Shown here in pieces: positions 44,905 through 57,864 of a stretch of DNA of 64,000 nt (its first letter is position 1; each line of letters opens with the position of its first letter). The position numbers and the translations under genes are program-made. This DNA is from Rebecca billardiae RCC1528 (Eukaryota; Protista; Haptophyta). The notes below the pieces were generated by a model that made no database searches, was not told the origin of the DNA, and saw only the letters and a list, made by a program, of their open reading frames with translations. The stretch spans positions 248,001 to 312,000 of the forward strand of contig OZ251247.1 in assembly GCA_965240325.2 (NCBI GenBank), written 5' to 3'.

Positions 44905-47900
44905 CGCAGCCGCAACTGCGCGCGCGCCGTGCGCGGCGTGGTCGGGAAGGAACGGGGGGTGCTGCCGGGCGAGATGACGACATCATGTGCGCACGCCATG
45001 CCGCCCCGCGGCGCCGCGAAAGGGCACGATAACGGATCCGCACAGCTGTTGACGAGTGCTGATTTCTTGTCGTGCCTGAAGCCAGACCTCGGAGCTCGAA
45101 GAAGATGATGAAAGTGCATCCACGCGAGGAAAGCGTCGCACCCAGCACTTCTACACGACCACGCGGTGATGAACATTCATGTAAGAGTATCCCGCGTGCC
45201 CGCTTGGCACTGTTCTGTGTCTCAATGATCGTCCCGACAAGGGTCACGACCGCGAGGCCGTGGCACACCATTCATAGTGTGACAACTCGAAGAGGCGTGC
45301 AAACGGACCAGCGACACGCTCGGCAAGGCGTGGCGGGGCGGCATGGCGTGCGCACATGATATCGCCATCTCGCCCGGCAGCCGTGCCCGTTCCTTCCCGA
45401 CCACGCCGCGCACGGCGCGCACGCGGTCGGCTGCGGCGCAGGCAAGGCTGGCCTTGAGGCGACGCGCCGCGTGCGCGCTGCCCTGAGCCGAGGCGAAAGA
45501 GGCGTGGCGCAAGTCGCGCGGTGCAGGAGGGCGGCAGATACTCTCCCGCAACAGCCCGTCCACGCACGCCGGCTCCGCAAGCACATCCGCGCCCGCAGCG
45601 CCCTGGCCCGGGCGCGGCCCCCAGCGGTCACGACCGCGAGGCCGCGTGCACACCATTTAGGTGGGTCCCTCCCAACTGGGGCGATATTCTGGCGCACTCA
45701 GAATGACGTCCTAGATTTTGTCTCTCACCCAGAATCGACGCTATAAATGCGTCCCATCGGGGCGGAGCAAAAGTTTCGACCTCAAAACCTACTCCGCGTG
45801 CCGTCGCGCGGCCGAGCGTGCGCGCGCCGCGCCAGTAGTGTCACATAGAGATTTTGCGAAGCGTTACTTCATGGTTATGGTGGCTAGATGGCGACATGCG
45901 ATCGGAAGTACTTATTGACAACCGTTGACACCCGACCGAACCATTCTATGAAGCAAAGAGTGGGGCTCTATGCTGTGCGCTGATACCTCCAACAAACTAC
46001 AGCAAGATCGAGCATATTACCCACTTCATATATAGCCACTTACCCGTATATAGTATGATTGTTACCCACTTTATATTGACCGTGGATGCGGTTCACTATA
46101 TATTCAAATTCGTTCCGATATGTGGGTACGTTTGTTGGGTCATCGAATAGGCGCCGAGCGACGCGGACACACAGGCAACCCGGGCCGCAACCGGACTGCC
46201 TGCGAGTGGCAGTGTTTGTGGCGGGCTGCGTGCCGAGGCACACACCATCGCCCGCCACCGAGCATGCCACCGTCGTCACACGGGAGCCCTCCGCCGTCGA
46301 CGCTGGACTATCAGCCAACGCCACCGCCGGAGCTTGCCGCGTTCGGCGGCTTCCGTGCTCGTACTCCGCGTGTCACCGGTCGTCGTATGCCCACCCGCGT
46401 GAGGCCGCCACCAGTCCATGACTACCGCAGCTGCAGCCCATGCCGCCGACGATGCCTCCTACCATCTTCTCGCCAGGCAGCAATACATAGGTTCACCGAC
46501 GCTGCTGCTAGGCTGAGAGCACTCAGCCAGTTGGCCGGCGAGACGAGATGGTTGAGCTGCTGGCCTAGCCATCACGTTGCGGCTTCCGTTCGCTCAAGTA
46601 CACCCAACGTGACGACGAGAACGTGCCGGGCAATCATCAGACATGCGTCTGAGGGGTCTACTACGCCTAGCCGTAGAGTTGCTGAGTACGAGTCCTCGCA
46701 GACCACAAGCGGAACGAGTGGGACCACCCAATGGCAGGAGCAACAGCGTGGGGTGGCACCCGCGCCTGTCAACGCGACCGCGTTCTGTCAAGAATGGACC
46801 CATATCCTGCGACCACCCTCGAGCACCGCATACTATGCCCACACTCGGCATAGGGAAGGATCGCTGAGCGCCTGCTGCCGCTGTCAAAGGCCCTGCTGAT
46901 CTTCCTGGCGCTGGATCGTGCACACGGATGGCAAGTCGGCGTGCTCGCCGCACATCGCGGCGGCTTCTCAGCATCCCAAGTCCTCAGTGCACCCATCCTA
47001 GGCCTGCTGGTCGACGACTGGTACCAACCCCCACCAAACACGCCCTCTCGGAAGTCGCCAATCGCTTACATGGCTCCCCGAGAGCCCGGGGCTGGCTGTC
47101 GTGCGTTCTCACGAGCAGCTTGCGCACAGCCCAAATGTCACCTTCACGGTGCGTAGAGCTGCTCAAGACGGCGGGGACGCCAAGAGCATGCCCATGCCTG
47201 ATGGTGGCCCATGCCTCCCGTCACCTGACCCGCCTGTAGCGAAAAGTGGCCCTGCTCGAAGGCACGGCTCGAACACCCGCCGATCGATTCAAGTTGTCTG
47301 TACGCGTCTAGCCGGGCGAGAGTCAAACATGCGGGCACGTGCCAGGCGGGGGATGTGTGACCACGGATCCCATCCGTGAGCACGCGCAAAGCGCTGGAGC
47401 GCGCGATAGGTGTTGGCTGTGGTCTACCCGACACACGGCGGCTCGGTCGCGCTGGAGAGGCGCTCCGACATCGTCGGGAGCGTTCAGATCGGAACCTCGG
47501 CCGGCGGCCCGGCGATTTTCCCGAGCCGCGCCCCGCGCGAAAGAAATCAGGCCAGAAAACCCGGTAAATGTTTAAAAGACCGCTGGAAAATCGCCAGGGA
47601 CCCACCTACTGACCATTTGTGACAACTCGAAGAGGCGTGCAAACGGACCAGCGACACGCTCGGCAAGGCGTGGCGGGGCGGCATGGCGTGCGCACATGAT
47701 GTCGTCATCTCGCCTGGCAGCACCCCCCGTTCCTTCCCGACCACGCCGCGCACGGCGCGCGCGCGGTCGGCTGCGGCGCAGGCCGAAGGCTGGCCCCGGA
47801 GGCGGCGCGCGCGTGCGCGCTGCCCTGAGCCGAGGCGAAAGAGGCGTGGCGCAAGTCGCGCGGCGCAGGAGGGCGGCAGATACTCTCCCGCAACAGCCCG

Positions 47901-47935
47901 TCCACGCACGCCGGCTCCGCAAGCACATCCGCGCC
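44905..47935. repeat. Complex inverted/direct repeat block interrupted by a TIR element
   Basis: 44905-45008 is the reverse complement of about 45333-45436 and about 47673-47776; 45278-45595 is directly repeated at 47618-47935. Confidence 0.75.
45658..47608 (-). mobile_element. 1.95-kb non-autonomous TIR element (TAGGTGGGTCCCT)
   Basis: 13-bp TIR; flanks ACCATT / CTG-ACCATT; empty-site analogue at about 45264-45285. Shares subterminal TGGGTAATAT..CGATCTTGC.GTAGTT with 34183-36119. Confidence 0.85.
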
Positions 47936-48385
47936 CCCCAGCGCCGGGCCAGCTGCATCAGCATCGCACTCGCCGCCCGGCCGCAGGGCCAGGGGGCGGG
48001 TCAGAATCGGTGCTCCGCACCCGCGGGAGGGCTCCCGCCTCCGCGGTTGCACGCGAAGAACTCATTTCCAGCGCCTCGATTTCGTGAGCGGACTATCGCT
48101 GACGAGGCTGATTACTGCGTTCCACGGCTTTGCCGCGCTCGGGATTTGGGTTCTCTAATGGATGGATGTACTTTCGTCATTTTCAATTGGAAACCTCGAT
48201 TAGATCGTTCAAGTGGTCTGATAGAGCAAGCGGAAGACTAAATCTGCGTTGCTATGCCGCGGCCTCGTGCTCTGAATAGTGCGAAACCGCGGATTCCCAG
48301 TGCAGGGGGAACGACCTGGTAATACTGCGCGCTATAGCTAGATCTCAGCGCAGCTATAGCATATATCATCGTCATATGCATGACA

Positions 48386-50103
48386 TAGGGGGGCCAAACC
48401 GCCCATTTAAAAATGAAAAGCAAAGTCGCGTCGCATTTTCGCTCCGCCCTCGGCCTTTTACGGTGGCGCGGAGCCTTTTTCTCGGACCCCGCTCGAAAAT
48501 CGAGCTTCACGCCTTCGGACGCTCAGAGCTCGGTTCCGCTCCAGCGCGAGCGGCCGGAGGCAGTGGACCGCCGCGCGCTCGCGACCTTTGAGACGCCGAG
48601 ATGGTCTCGGGTGCGCGCGCGCGTGACGCTGGTGGGCGCTACTGACCCGTGCCTTTGCGCCACCAGCGGCTCACCACCCGCTTCTTGGCCATCTCGCGCC
48701 GTGCGCGGCGCGCGTCGGCCGGCTTGAATTGGCGCGCTGCGTGCGCCCGTCACGCTACCGCACGGTGTGGCTCATGATCAACTCGCACAGTTGAGATCGA
48801 TGCTCGCACCAAGTGCCCATGTATGTATGTGGATGCCCAGCTCGCCTAACCTGCCCTGCTGCGCCGGAATCGCCGTCAGCAGACCGGCGCGAGCTCGCGC
48901 GCAACACCTCCGCGGAGCTCGCAACTGTCATGTTCCGCTTGTAGGGCCCGTGTTTGCACCTGCCGTGGCACTTGCGATGGTCAGTACGTTGGGTATGGGT
49001 CACGTGTGCCCTCTGATGGCGTCTGGGCGCCTCCCATTCGCCTCTCAGGACGTCGCGGACGTGCTCGCAGGCAGCGGTTGGCTCATTCGACAGGTCCGAC
49101 GTGCACTCGACCGTGCCTGCAAGCGCGCCCCTGTGACGCTCATGCCTGCAGAAGCAGATGCAGATGGGCCCTCATGCACCCTGGTGCGCCCAAGACCGGC
49201 GGGAGCGTCAGAGACCGTCTCAATCTTGACACCTTGCACACGCCGGCGCTTGCCGTTGGGCTCCGCGCAGCCAGCCAGGAGCGCCGAACAGCGCCGGATC
49301 AGCCTCTGTAGGCCGAATATCCGCCCCTAAGCCCAGAAATAGCGCGGAACAGGGTAGTGCGTACCTATATGGACCAATCCCATCCAGCCTGGTTTGGTGC
49401 AGACACGCCAGCCACCGCCTGGAGCAGACGTTTGCTGCCGAATCGCATGCTCGGCACTGTGCCGCACTGCGACGACGACAGATTTGACCTGCCTCGTAGG
49501 TCTCGGCCAGGGAGCGGTGACGGTTGGCTCGCGTCACTTTAAACCTTGACTATGACCGAGAGCACTCCCGGGCTAAGGACGTGGGGCCGGTGCTTTGGGT
49601 CTACTATGTCTGCAATACGCCGTACGCGTGGCCGTATACACAGTCTGAAAACGTATCTCGCAGCTCGAGATCAGACGAGGCTGTATTCATCAGCATGGCG
49701 CCTATATACACAGTGGGTATGTAACGATCGGTGGCTTCTAGGAAACTACATATTTGACAGCCTGCCAGTACACAGCCTATATCGCATGTTGGGACCTGCT
49801 GCTGCTGGGGACTCAGAACGATCTCGCTGACAGATGCTCTATCAAAGTGAGGTCGACATGGTCTATATGTCACATATAGGACGACCGTTACATACCGTTT
49901 CCAATAAGTTCAGGCTCATTCTAATAAGTAAATATGCTAGCCGTTACGCCCTATATTCAGGGTATGTGCACCTGATTTTTTTACATGGCCGGACCAGACC
50001 CCTCCAGAGGGCAAATGATCCAGCCCGAAATCAGCTCTAAACACTCGCTAGGACCCGCGCTCGTGGCCGTCAGTAACGCTACAGTGCCACTTTGGCCCCC
50101 CTA
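48386..50103 (+). mobile_element. 1.72-kb TAGGGGGGCCAAA element, copy 2
   Basis: TIRs intact; nearly identical to 56139-57864. Confidence 0.92.
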
Positions 50104-50563
50104 CACTAGAGTCTAGTGATGACATATCGTCTGATTATCGTCGTCAGTCATCGTCTCTCTGTCGTCTGCTCTATCCAAGGGGCTTACAAAATACCACTGG
50201 GGGCGAAAGCGCCAGTGAGGAGCCCCGTCGGATGCGACGGCTCCTGAGACGGATAGTGTCCGGGAGCTCGTATGAAAAAAAGACCGGAATGCCTTGAAAG
50301 AATACGAGATGGCTACTCGACAGATTACCCGCTTTCCCGGATTCAAACTTCCCCCACAGTGTTTTCCACTGACCGGACTCACTGTCCTGTCTCAGTCAGG
50401 AGCCTCGCATCCGACAGCTGTGTTTCGCCCCCAGTGGTATTTTGTAAGCCCCTTGCTCTATCGATCTCCGGTCTGCTACTCTCTCTCCGTCTCTCTCTGA
50501 GTCTCCGGTGCCCAGCGGAAACCACCAGACGAACAGCCACGCGGCCAGCTCGTCGACCGCCGG

Positions 50564-52087
50564 TCACTGCTCGGACCGGCGGGGCCACTCGACGCGGGTG
50601 GGCTCGAGCACCGCGCCGCCCGGCCCCGCGGGCGCGGCGCGCAGCCCGAGGCCGAGCGCCGCCGAGTGCGCCCCGCATGCGTACACACTGCCGCACGCGG
50701 TGGCAAACAGCGCGTGCTGCCCGCCAAACACGCAGCTGGCCACGCGCGCGTGCTCGAGCGCGCGCACGCGCGTGGGCGTGCGGACGGCGGGGGACGTGCG
50801 CCCCAGCCCGAGCTGGCCGTACCGGTTGCCCCCGAGCGTGTGCACGCTGCCGTTCGCGCCCAGCACCGCGCTGCTCTGCCGGCCGGCGCACGCGCGCACC
50901 GCGTGCACGCCCGTCAGCGCTTCGAGCCGCCGCGGCGCGGCCTGCGCCGCTTCGTCGGCTTCGCCCCAGCCGAGGTTAGGGTTAGGGTGGTTAGGGCTAG
51001 GGTTAGGGTCAGAGCCGAGGCCGTACGCCGCGCCGTGGCCGAAGGCGTGCACGCCACCCTCCGCGTCCACCACCAGGCTGTGCGCGTAGCCCGCGCTCAC
51101 GTGCACCGCGCGCACGCCCGCGAGCGCCTCGACACGCCTCGGTGTGTGCAGCCCGCGGCAGTCCCCGTGGCCGAGCTGGCCGCGCGCTCCGTTGCCGCAC
51201 GAGTAGACGGCGCCTCCGGTCGAGAGCAGCAGCGTGTGGTGGAGCATGGCGGAGACGCCGCACACGCGCACGCCGCACAGCGCCTGCACCCGCGCCGGCG
51301 CCCACCGCTGCCGCCGGTCGCCGTGGCCGAGCTCGCCGTGGGCGTTGTCGCCCCAGCTGTACGCGCACCCGGCGGCGCTGAGCGCGAGGCTGCAGTGGTC
51401 TCCGGCGCCGATGGCGACGATGAGCTGGTCGGCGAGCGCGTCGACGCGGGCGAAGGCGGCGGGCGCGGGCGCGGGCCCGAGGCCGAGCTGGCCGCACTCG
51501 TTGTCGCCGCACGCGTACACCGCCCCACCCTCGCTCAGCGCGAGCAGGTGCGCCCAGCCGGCCGCCACCGCGAGCACGTGCACACTGCACAGCGAGGCGA
51601 CGCGCGTCGGGACGGTCGCGTTGAGCTCGGCGGCGTGGCCGGTGGCGACGTGCGGGCGGTACTCGCCGGTCGGCTCGCCGGTCTCCTCGTCCCACACCAC
51701 CTCCTCGCCGCACGTGTGCAGCCCGCCCTCCGCGTCCACGAGCGCGCTGAAGCCCGTCTCGTCTCGCACGCCCGCAGCCACGGCGCTGCGGTGCGCGCGC
51801 GCGCCCTCGAGCACGCCCTCGCGCGCGAGCAGCTCCGCCGTCCACGTGGGCACGCCGGAGGGGAGCGTGGGCGGCAGCGCGCGCGCGTGCCCCCCCGCGC
51901 GCGCGCGCTCGCGCAGCTCGTGCTCCACCGGCGAGCGCTCGCCGGGCGCGCCGCGGAAGAGGCGCGCGGCGGCGTTGGCAGCGGCGAGGTCGCGCGGACG
52001 CAGGTGGGCGAGCACGCGCTCGAGCACGTCGGCCGGGCAGTCGGCGAGCGTGCGCCGCGGCGTGTGCGCCGTCCAGGCCGTGGCCAT
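50564..52087 (-). CDS. F-box/RCC1-repeat protein, short family member 7 (with telomeric in-frame insertion)
   Basis: ATG 52087 (MATAWTAHTPRRTLADCPADVLERVL); RCC1 repeats; SDPNPSPNHPNPNLG insert. Confidence 0.88.
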   Translation of the reverse strand: MATAWTAHTPRRTLADCPADVLERVLAHLRPRDLAAANAAARLFRGAPGERSPVEHELRERARAGGHARALPPTLPSGVPTWTAELLAREGVLEGARAHRSAVAAGVRDETGFSALVDAEGGLHTCGEEVVWDEETGEPTGEYRPHVATGHAAELNATVPTRVASLCSVHVLAVAAGWAHLLALSEGGAVYACGDNECGQLGLGPAPAPAAFARVDALADQLIVAIGAGDHCSLALSAAGCAYSWGDNAHGELGHGDRRQRWAPARVQALCGVRVCGVSAMLHHTLLLSTGGAVYSCGNGARGQLGHGDCRGLHTPRRVEALAGVRAVHVSAGYAHSLVVDAEGGVHAFGHGAAYGLGSDPNPSPNHPNPNLGWGEADEAAQAAPRRLEALTGVHAVRACAGRQSSAVLGANGSVHTLGGNRYGQLGLGRTSPAVRTPTRVRALEHARVASCVFGGQHALFATACGSVYACGAHSAALGLGLRAAPAGPGGAVLEPTRVEWPRRSEQ

Positions 52088-52680
52088 CGTGGGGTGGGGC
52101 AGCCGTGCGCCCTGCACCGGCTGCAAGAGCGCCGTCGCGCGCGCGTCGATCCTCGAGCAGGGGCCGTCCGCACGAGCCCGCGGCGGCGGGAGATTGCTAC
52201 GGAGATGAGGCCGTTGACGCCCGTTCAGTTGCGCCGCCGAATATGTGGCCGCGGGAAACGGCGCGGGCTTTCTCCTTTTGCGCTCCTTGGGGAGAAAGCC
52301 AACGTTTCGGCGGAAACGTCGTGTTTGATGTCTGATCATGAGTCTTTGACCGATGCGATCTCGCCTGCCTGAGCTGTGTGCGTCTCTTACTGTATTCTTA
52401 GTACTGTATCCTCTGATCCTGTCGGCGCGCTGTCGCATCGGCGCCCAGTCGGCGAGTTCGGACGACGACGTTTTGTGGCGGACGACGGTGGGGCGAGGAC
52501 GACGGGCGCTGCCGGCGCGCCGCGAGGCCGGGCCGCAGCCCTCATCCAGGCCTTGCAGGCGGACGGGCAGTGCCCGGAGTGAACGTGAACTTTATTAATT
52601 TTCCGGCGGCGGCGCCGCCTACGTTTCGGTACTACGTACCGCCATCATTGGCGACGGCTTCATGGGCGGTGACAGTTTAG

Positions 52681-53590
52681 GGCCTGTTTTATTTCTACCA
52701 GATTCCATTTCCTATGTCACGGCGACAAACCCCTGCCCGCCAGTGGGAATCGGTGTCACGCCCCGTTGGATGTACCTCTCACGGCCGATGGCGGCCCCCA
52801 CGTGCGCGAGGAACGCGATTCCTGCACTCCTCGGTGACCGGTGAGTGCAGGAATCCAGTTGCGGCGCTCGTCCGCCTCGTCGTTGTCGCACACGAGGTAC
52901 ATCCAACACCATGGGTCGTATCCCAAAACTCTCCGCGCGCTCTGCGCCCGCGCGGCGAGCGATTGCAGGCTTGTTCTCATCATCTTGGCCAAGACTGCAG
53001 CCTGCCAGATGCGCCAGGAGACGTGTGCACGCCTTTCCGCGCGTCATGGGTGCGCGTGGCACGCACCTTGTCATATTTTACGCCGAGGAGGCCTGAGCAT
53101 CCGGCCTACCAACCGTCCACGCTCACGTTCAAATGAAGGCGGCAAGCTGCATGCAAGCGCACGCCGAACGGAAGCATCTCAAGCTCGACAAGGTAGTGGC
53201 GGCGGAGCGTTTAGAGCTGGTGGCGATTGCAGTCCATCTGGCTGTGAACTGGTCGCTAACTGACACGGGTGCGATGCAGCCAAGGCAGAGTGCTTGCAGC
53301 TTGCAGAGGGCCTGCAGCTGCGGCGGTTTGCCCGCCGCTCGCCGGCTGCATCGTACACACTGCCGTGCACCGCGAGTGACCCCTGTGTCAAGGCGAAGCA
53401 CCACGGCAAGGCGAGGCAGCATGTCTGACAACATTCTTCGCTACAGCGCAGCGCATCAACACGAGAATGCGCGAATGACGTGCCATCACTACTCCGGACT
53501 AGCTCCGGCGCCCGCACCAGCGGGCAAGCCGCCATTGTTCCGCGTTTTGGCGAATGTCGCCTTTGGGCTCTCGTAGAAATAAAACAGGCC
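52681..53590. mobile_element. Tourist/PIF-Harbinger-like MITE
   Basis: 18-bp TIR GGCCTGTTTTATTTCTAC flanked by TTA(G) on both sides; removing it restores the motif seen intact at 463-543. Confidence 0.85.
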
Positions 53591-53710
53591 TTAGGCGGGC
53601 GTCAATCTCGCCTGCCTGAGCTGTGTGCGTCTCTTATTCTTATAGATATTATTATTTCTACTACTTGCGGCGGATGCGCTGCGACGTCGCCTTGTCGAGC
53701 TACTGAGCGA

Positions 53711-55297
53711 CTATGGCACAGCCGGCGCCGGCGCTGCGGCTGCGCGGAGGCAGGCAGCATCGCTGCCAGTGGGCAGCACACCGTCACCGGGCGCATGCAC
53801 TCGGCCCGCTGAGCCGATGGCACGGTGGCTCTCGAGTTGAAGCCCGTCGATGCGCGCAGGGGCGGCCACGGGGGCGCCGGCCGGCCTGACTGCTGCGCTC
53901 AGCCCGAGGCCGAGCGCCGCCGAATGCACGCCGCACGCAAAGACCGCGCCGTCAGCAGTGGTGTACAGCGAGTGCAAGTTGCCAAACGCGCAGCCGCTCA
54001 CCCGCGCGTGCGCAAGTGAGTGCACAGGCAGGGGGGCGGACGCCTCGTCCGAGGTGTGCCCGCGCCCGAGCTGGCCATGCTCGCCAAACCCGCACGTGTG
54101 CACGTCACCGTCCGCGCCCAGCACCGCGCTGCAGTAGTTGCCAGCACACGCGCGCACAGCCGTCACACCTGCCAGCGCGGCGATGCGCTTGGGCGATGGC
54201 TGAACAGCAGAGCCTGCGCTGTAGCCAAGCTGCCCGCGACTCCCGTCCCCGAACGAGTGCACGCCACCCTCCTTGTCCACCACCAGGCTGTGCCGTAGGC
54301 CCGCGCTCACATGCACGGCGCGCACGCCCGCAAGCGCCTCGATGCGCCTCGGCGTGCGCTGATGCTGATGGTCGCCGTGGCCGAGCTGGCCAAACTGGCC
54401 ACGCCCGCACGAGTAGGCGGCCCCGCAAGCCGAAGACAGCAGCGTGTGAGATTGCCCAGCTGCAACGCCGCCCACACGCACCCCGTCCAGCGCCTCGATG
54501 CGCGTCGGCTCCCACCTGTCCTTCTTGTCGCCGTGTCCGAGCTGGCCCCAGACGTTCCAGCCCCAGCTGTACGCACAGCCAGCGGCGCTGAGCGCGAGGC
54601 TGTGCAGAGCGCCAGCAGAGAGGCCCACCACCACGACGTCGGCCAGCGCGGTGATCGGAACGAACTCGCGTCGATCGGGCTCACGCCGCGCCTCCGCGTC
54701 CCCCAGCCCGAGCTGGCCGAAGCTGTTGTTGCCGCAGCCGTACACGGCGCCGGCCTCGCTCAGCGCAAGCAGGTGGCCACGGCCTGCGGCCACAGAGCGC
54801 ACGCGCAGCGTGGACAGCGAGGGTACGCGGGTCGGCACGCGTACGGTCGACACACGCGAGTGACCGGTAGCCACGTGCGCTACATACTCGCCCGTCGGCT
54901 CCGCGGTATCCTCGTCCCCCACCTCCTCCTCGCCGCACGTGTGCAGCCCGCCCTCCGCGTCCACAAACGCGCTGAAGCGGAGGCCGGCCGCAACTGGAAG
55001 CGCGTGCGCCTGCACCAGCACGAGCAAGCGCTCGCGTGCGAAGAGCTCCTCCGTCCAGGTGCACGCGCCCGCGGGGAGCGTAGGCGGTAGCGCGCGATCG
55101 TGCCCGCGCGCGTGTGCGCGCTCGCGCAGCGCGTGCTCAACCGGCGAGCGCTCTCCGAGCAGGCCGCGGAAGAGGCGCGAGGCGGCGTTCAAGCTGGCGA
55201 GGTCCGACGGCGCTTCGACGTACGCGAGAACGCGCGCGATCAGCTCCGGCGGCAGGATGTCTCCCAGCGCATGCGGCGTCTCGCAGCCGTCGCTCAT
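53711..55297 (-). CDS. F-box/RCC1-repeat protein, short family member 8
   Basis: ATG 55297 (MSDGCETPHALGDILPPELIARVL); intact RCC1 repeats. Confidence 0.9.
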   Translation of the reverse strand: MSDGCETPHALGDILPPELIARVLAYVEAPSDLASLNAASRLFRGLLGERSPVEHALRERAHARGHDRALPPTLPAGACTWTEELFARERLLVLVQAHALPVAAGLRFSAFVDAEGGLHTCGEEEVGDEDTAEPTGEYVAHVATGHSRVSTVRVPTRVPSLSTLRVRSVAAGRGHLLALSEAGAVYGCGNNSFGQLGLGDAEARREPDRREFVPITALADVVVVGLSAGALHSLALSAAGCAYSWGWNVWGQLGHGDKKDRWEPTRIEALDGVRVGGVAAGQSHTLLSSACGAAYSCGRGQFGQLGHGDHQHQRTPRRIEALAGVRAVHVSAGLRHSLVVDKEGGVHSFGDGSRGQLGYSAGSAVQPSPKRIAALAGVTAVRACAGNYCSAVLGADGDVHTCGFGEHGQLGRGHTSDEASAPLPVHSLAHARVSGCAFGNLHSLYTTADGAVFACGVHSAALGLGLSAAVRPAGAPVAAPARIDGLQLESHRAIGSAGRVHAPGDGVLPTGSDAACLRAAAAPAPAVP

Positions 55298-56138
55298 CAC
55301 CACCAGGCCGCCGTCTCCTTCCCGCTTCGGTCACCATGGCGGTCCGGACACTGTGGCCCGGACTGTCCTCGGCGCGCGGGCAGAGCGCCCAACCGGCACC
55401 GCCTATCTATGTGCGAATCAAGGCCTATATGGCCGGCCATGAACGATGATATTGGCCGCTAGGCGGCCATGGCCGATGGTTAGCGGTCGACCATCCATCT
55501 CTGGCCGATGGGTATTGGCCGATGGCCGTCCGGCGGCCGGACCGCCGTACTCGTAGGCCGCGCCGGACGGCACGGCCACGGCGCCGGCGCGTGATGGCCG
55601 CGTGAGCACGCCGCGCGGGCTGCAGCACTGTCCGACTCTGCACGGTCGTAGTTCGAGAGGGCGGCCCCGGGGCTCGGCCGACCCATCTGGTGGACTTGTT
55701 GAGCCCCAGTGGCGGTCTCGACCGAGCTTGGCAGGTGTGTGTCTGTGCCTGTGTGTGTTAATCTGATATACTATATCAGTACAGGCGACTATGTCTATTG
55801 CGATGTATTTGCCGATTCTGCGCGCCGGCCCGGCGAGTGAAGGACGCGTGGTGCAGCAGGTGGCGAGCCCGGCGAGACTCCGAGGGCGAGTCAGCGGCCG
55901 CACCCGCGCCCGCGACCGCGCCCACGCCCGCGCCCACGACCCCTACTTCTGCCACGGCTCGCGCTTGCACTGCCAGCAGCGCTGCGGCATCGTCTCACGC
56001 AGACCACGTCTGCCGACGCGGCGACTGCGGCAGTCTCGCGGCGAGCGGACGAGCGGTGGCTGCCGCAGCACAGTAGTCGGCTGCAAGCAGCTTGTGCGAC
56101 AGAGATCATGCCCACAGACAGAGTCAAGCCGACCAGTC

Positions 56139-57864
56139 TAGGGGGGCCAAACCGCCCATTTAAAAATGAAAAGCAAAGTCGCGTCGCATTTTCGCTCCGC
56201 CCTCGGCCTTTTAGGGTGGCGCGGAGCCTTTTTCTCGGACCCCGCTCGAAAATCGAGCTTCACGCCTTCGGACGCTCAGAGCTCGGTTCCGCTCCAGCGC
56301 GAGCGGCCGGAGGCAGTGGACCGCCGCGCGCTCGCGACCTTTGAGACGCCGAGATGGTCTCGGGTGCGCGCGCGCGTGACGCTGGTGGGCGCTACTGACC
56401 CGTGCCTTTGCGCCACCAGCGGCTCACCACCCGCTTCTTGGCCATCTCGCGCCGTGCGCGGCGCGCGTCGGCCGGCTTGAATTGGCGCGCTGCGTGCGCC
56501 CGTCACGCTACCGCACGGTGTGGCTCATGATCAACTCGCACAGTTGAGATCGATGCTCGCACCAAGTGCCCATGTATGTATGTGGATGCCCAGCTCGCCT
56601 AACCTGCCCTGCTGCGCCGGAATCGCCGTCAGCAGACCGGCGCGAGCTCGCGCGCAACACCTCCGCGGAGCTCGCAACTGTCATGTTCCGCTTGTAGGGC
56701 CCGTGTTTGCACCTGCCGTGGCACTTGCGATGGTCAGTACGTTGGGTATGGGTCACGTGTGCCCTCTGATGGCGTCTGGGCGCCTCCCATTCGCCTCTCA
56801 GGACGTCGCGGACGTGCTCGCAGGCAGTCAGAGGCAGCGGTTGGCTCATTCGACAGGTCCGACGTGCACTCGACCGTGCCTGCAAGCGCGCCCCTGTGAC
56901 GCTCATGCCTGCAGAAGCAGATGCAGATGGGCCCTCATGCACCCTGGTGCGCCCAAGACCGGCGGGAGCGTCAGAGACCGTCTCAATCTTGACACCTTGC
57001 ACACGCCGGCGCTTGCCGTTGGGCTCCGCGCAGCCAGCCAGGAGCGCCGAACAGCGCCGGATCAGCCTCTGTAGGCCGAATATCCGCCCCTAAGCCCAGA
57101 AATAGCGCGGAACAGGGTAGTGCGTACCTATATGGACCAATCCCATCCAGCCTGGTTTGGTGCAGACACGCCAGCCACCGCCTGGAGCAGACGTTTGCTG
57201 CCGAATCGCATGCTCGGCACTGTGCCGCACTGCGACGACGACAGATTTGACCTGCCTCGTAGGTCTCGGCCAGGGAGCGGTGACGGTTGGCTCGAGTCAC
57301 TTGAAACCTTGACTATGACCGAGAGCACTCCCGGGCTAAGGACGTGGGGCCGGTGCTTTGGGTCTACTATGTCTGCAATACGCCGTACGCGTGGCCGTAT
57401 ACACAGTCTGAAAACGTATCTCGCAGCTCGAGATCAGACGAGGCTGTATTCATCAGCATGGCGCCTATATACACAGTGGGTATGTAACGATCGGTGGCTT
57501 CTAGGAAACTACATATTTGACAGCCTGCCAGTACACAGCCTATATCGCATGTTGGGACCTGCTGCTGCTGGGGACTCAGAACGATCTCGCTGAGATGCTC
57601 TATCAAAGTGAGGTCGACATGGTCTATATGTCACATATAGGACGATCGTTACATACCGTTTCCAATAAGTTCAGGCTCATTCTAATAAGTAAATATGCTA
57701 GCCGTTACGCCCTATATTCAGGGTATGTGCACCTGATTTTTTTACATGGCCGGCCCAGACCCCTCCAGAGGGCAAATGATCCAGCCCGAAATCAGCTCTA
57801 AACACTCGCTAGGACCCGCGCTCGTGGCCGTCAGTAACGCTACAGTGCCACTTTGGCCCCCCTA
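56139..57864 (+). mobile_element. 1.72-kb TAGGGGGGCCAAA element, copy 3
   Basis: TIRs intact; nested in 55407-62592. Confidence 0.92.
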
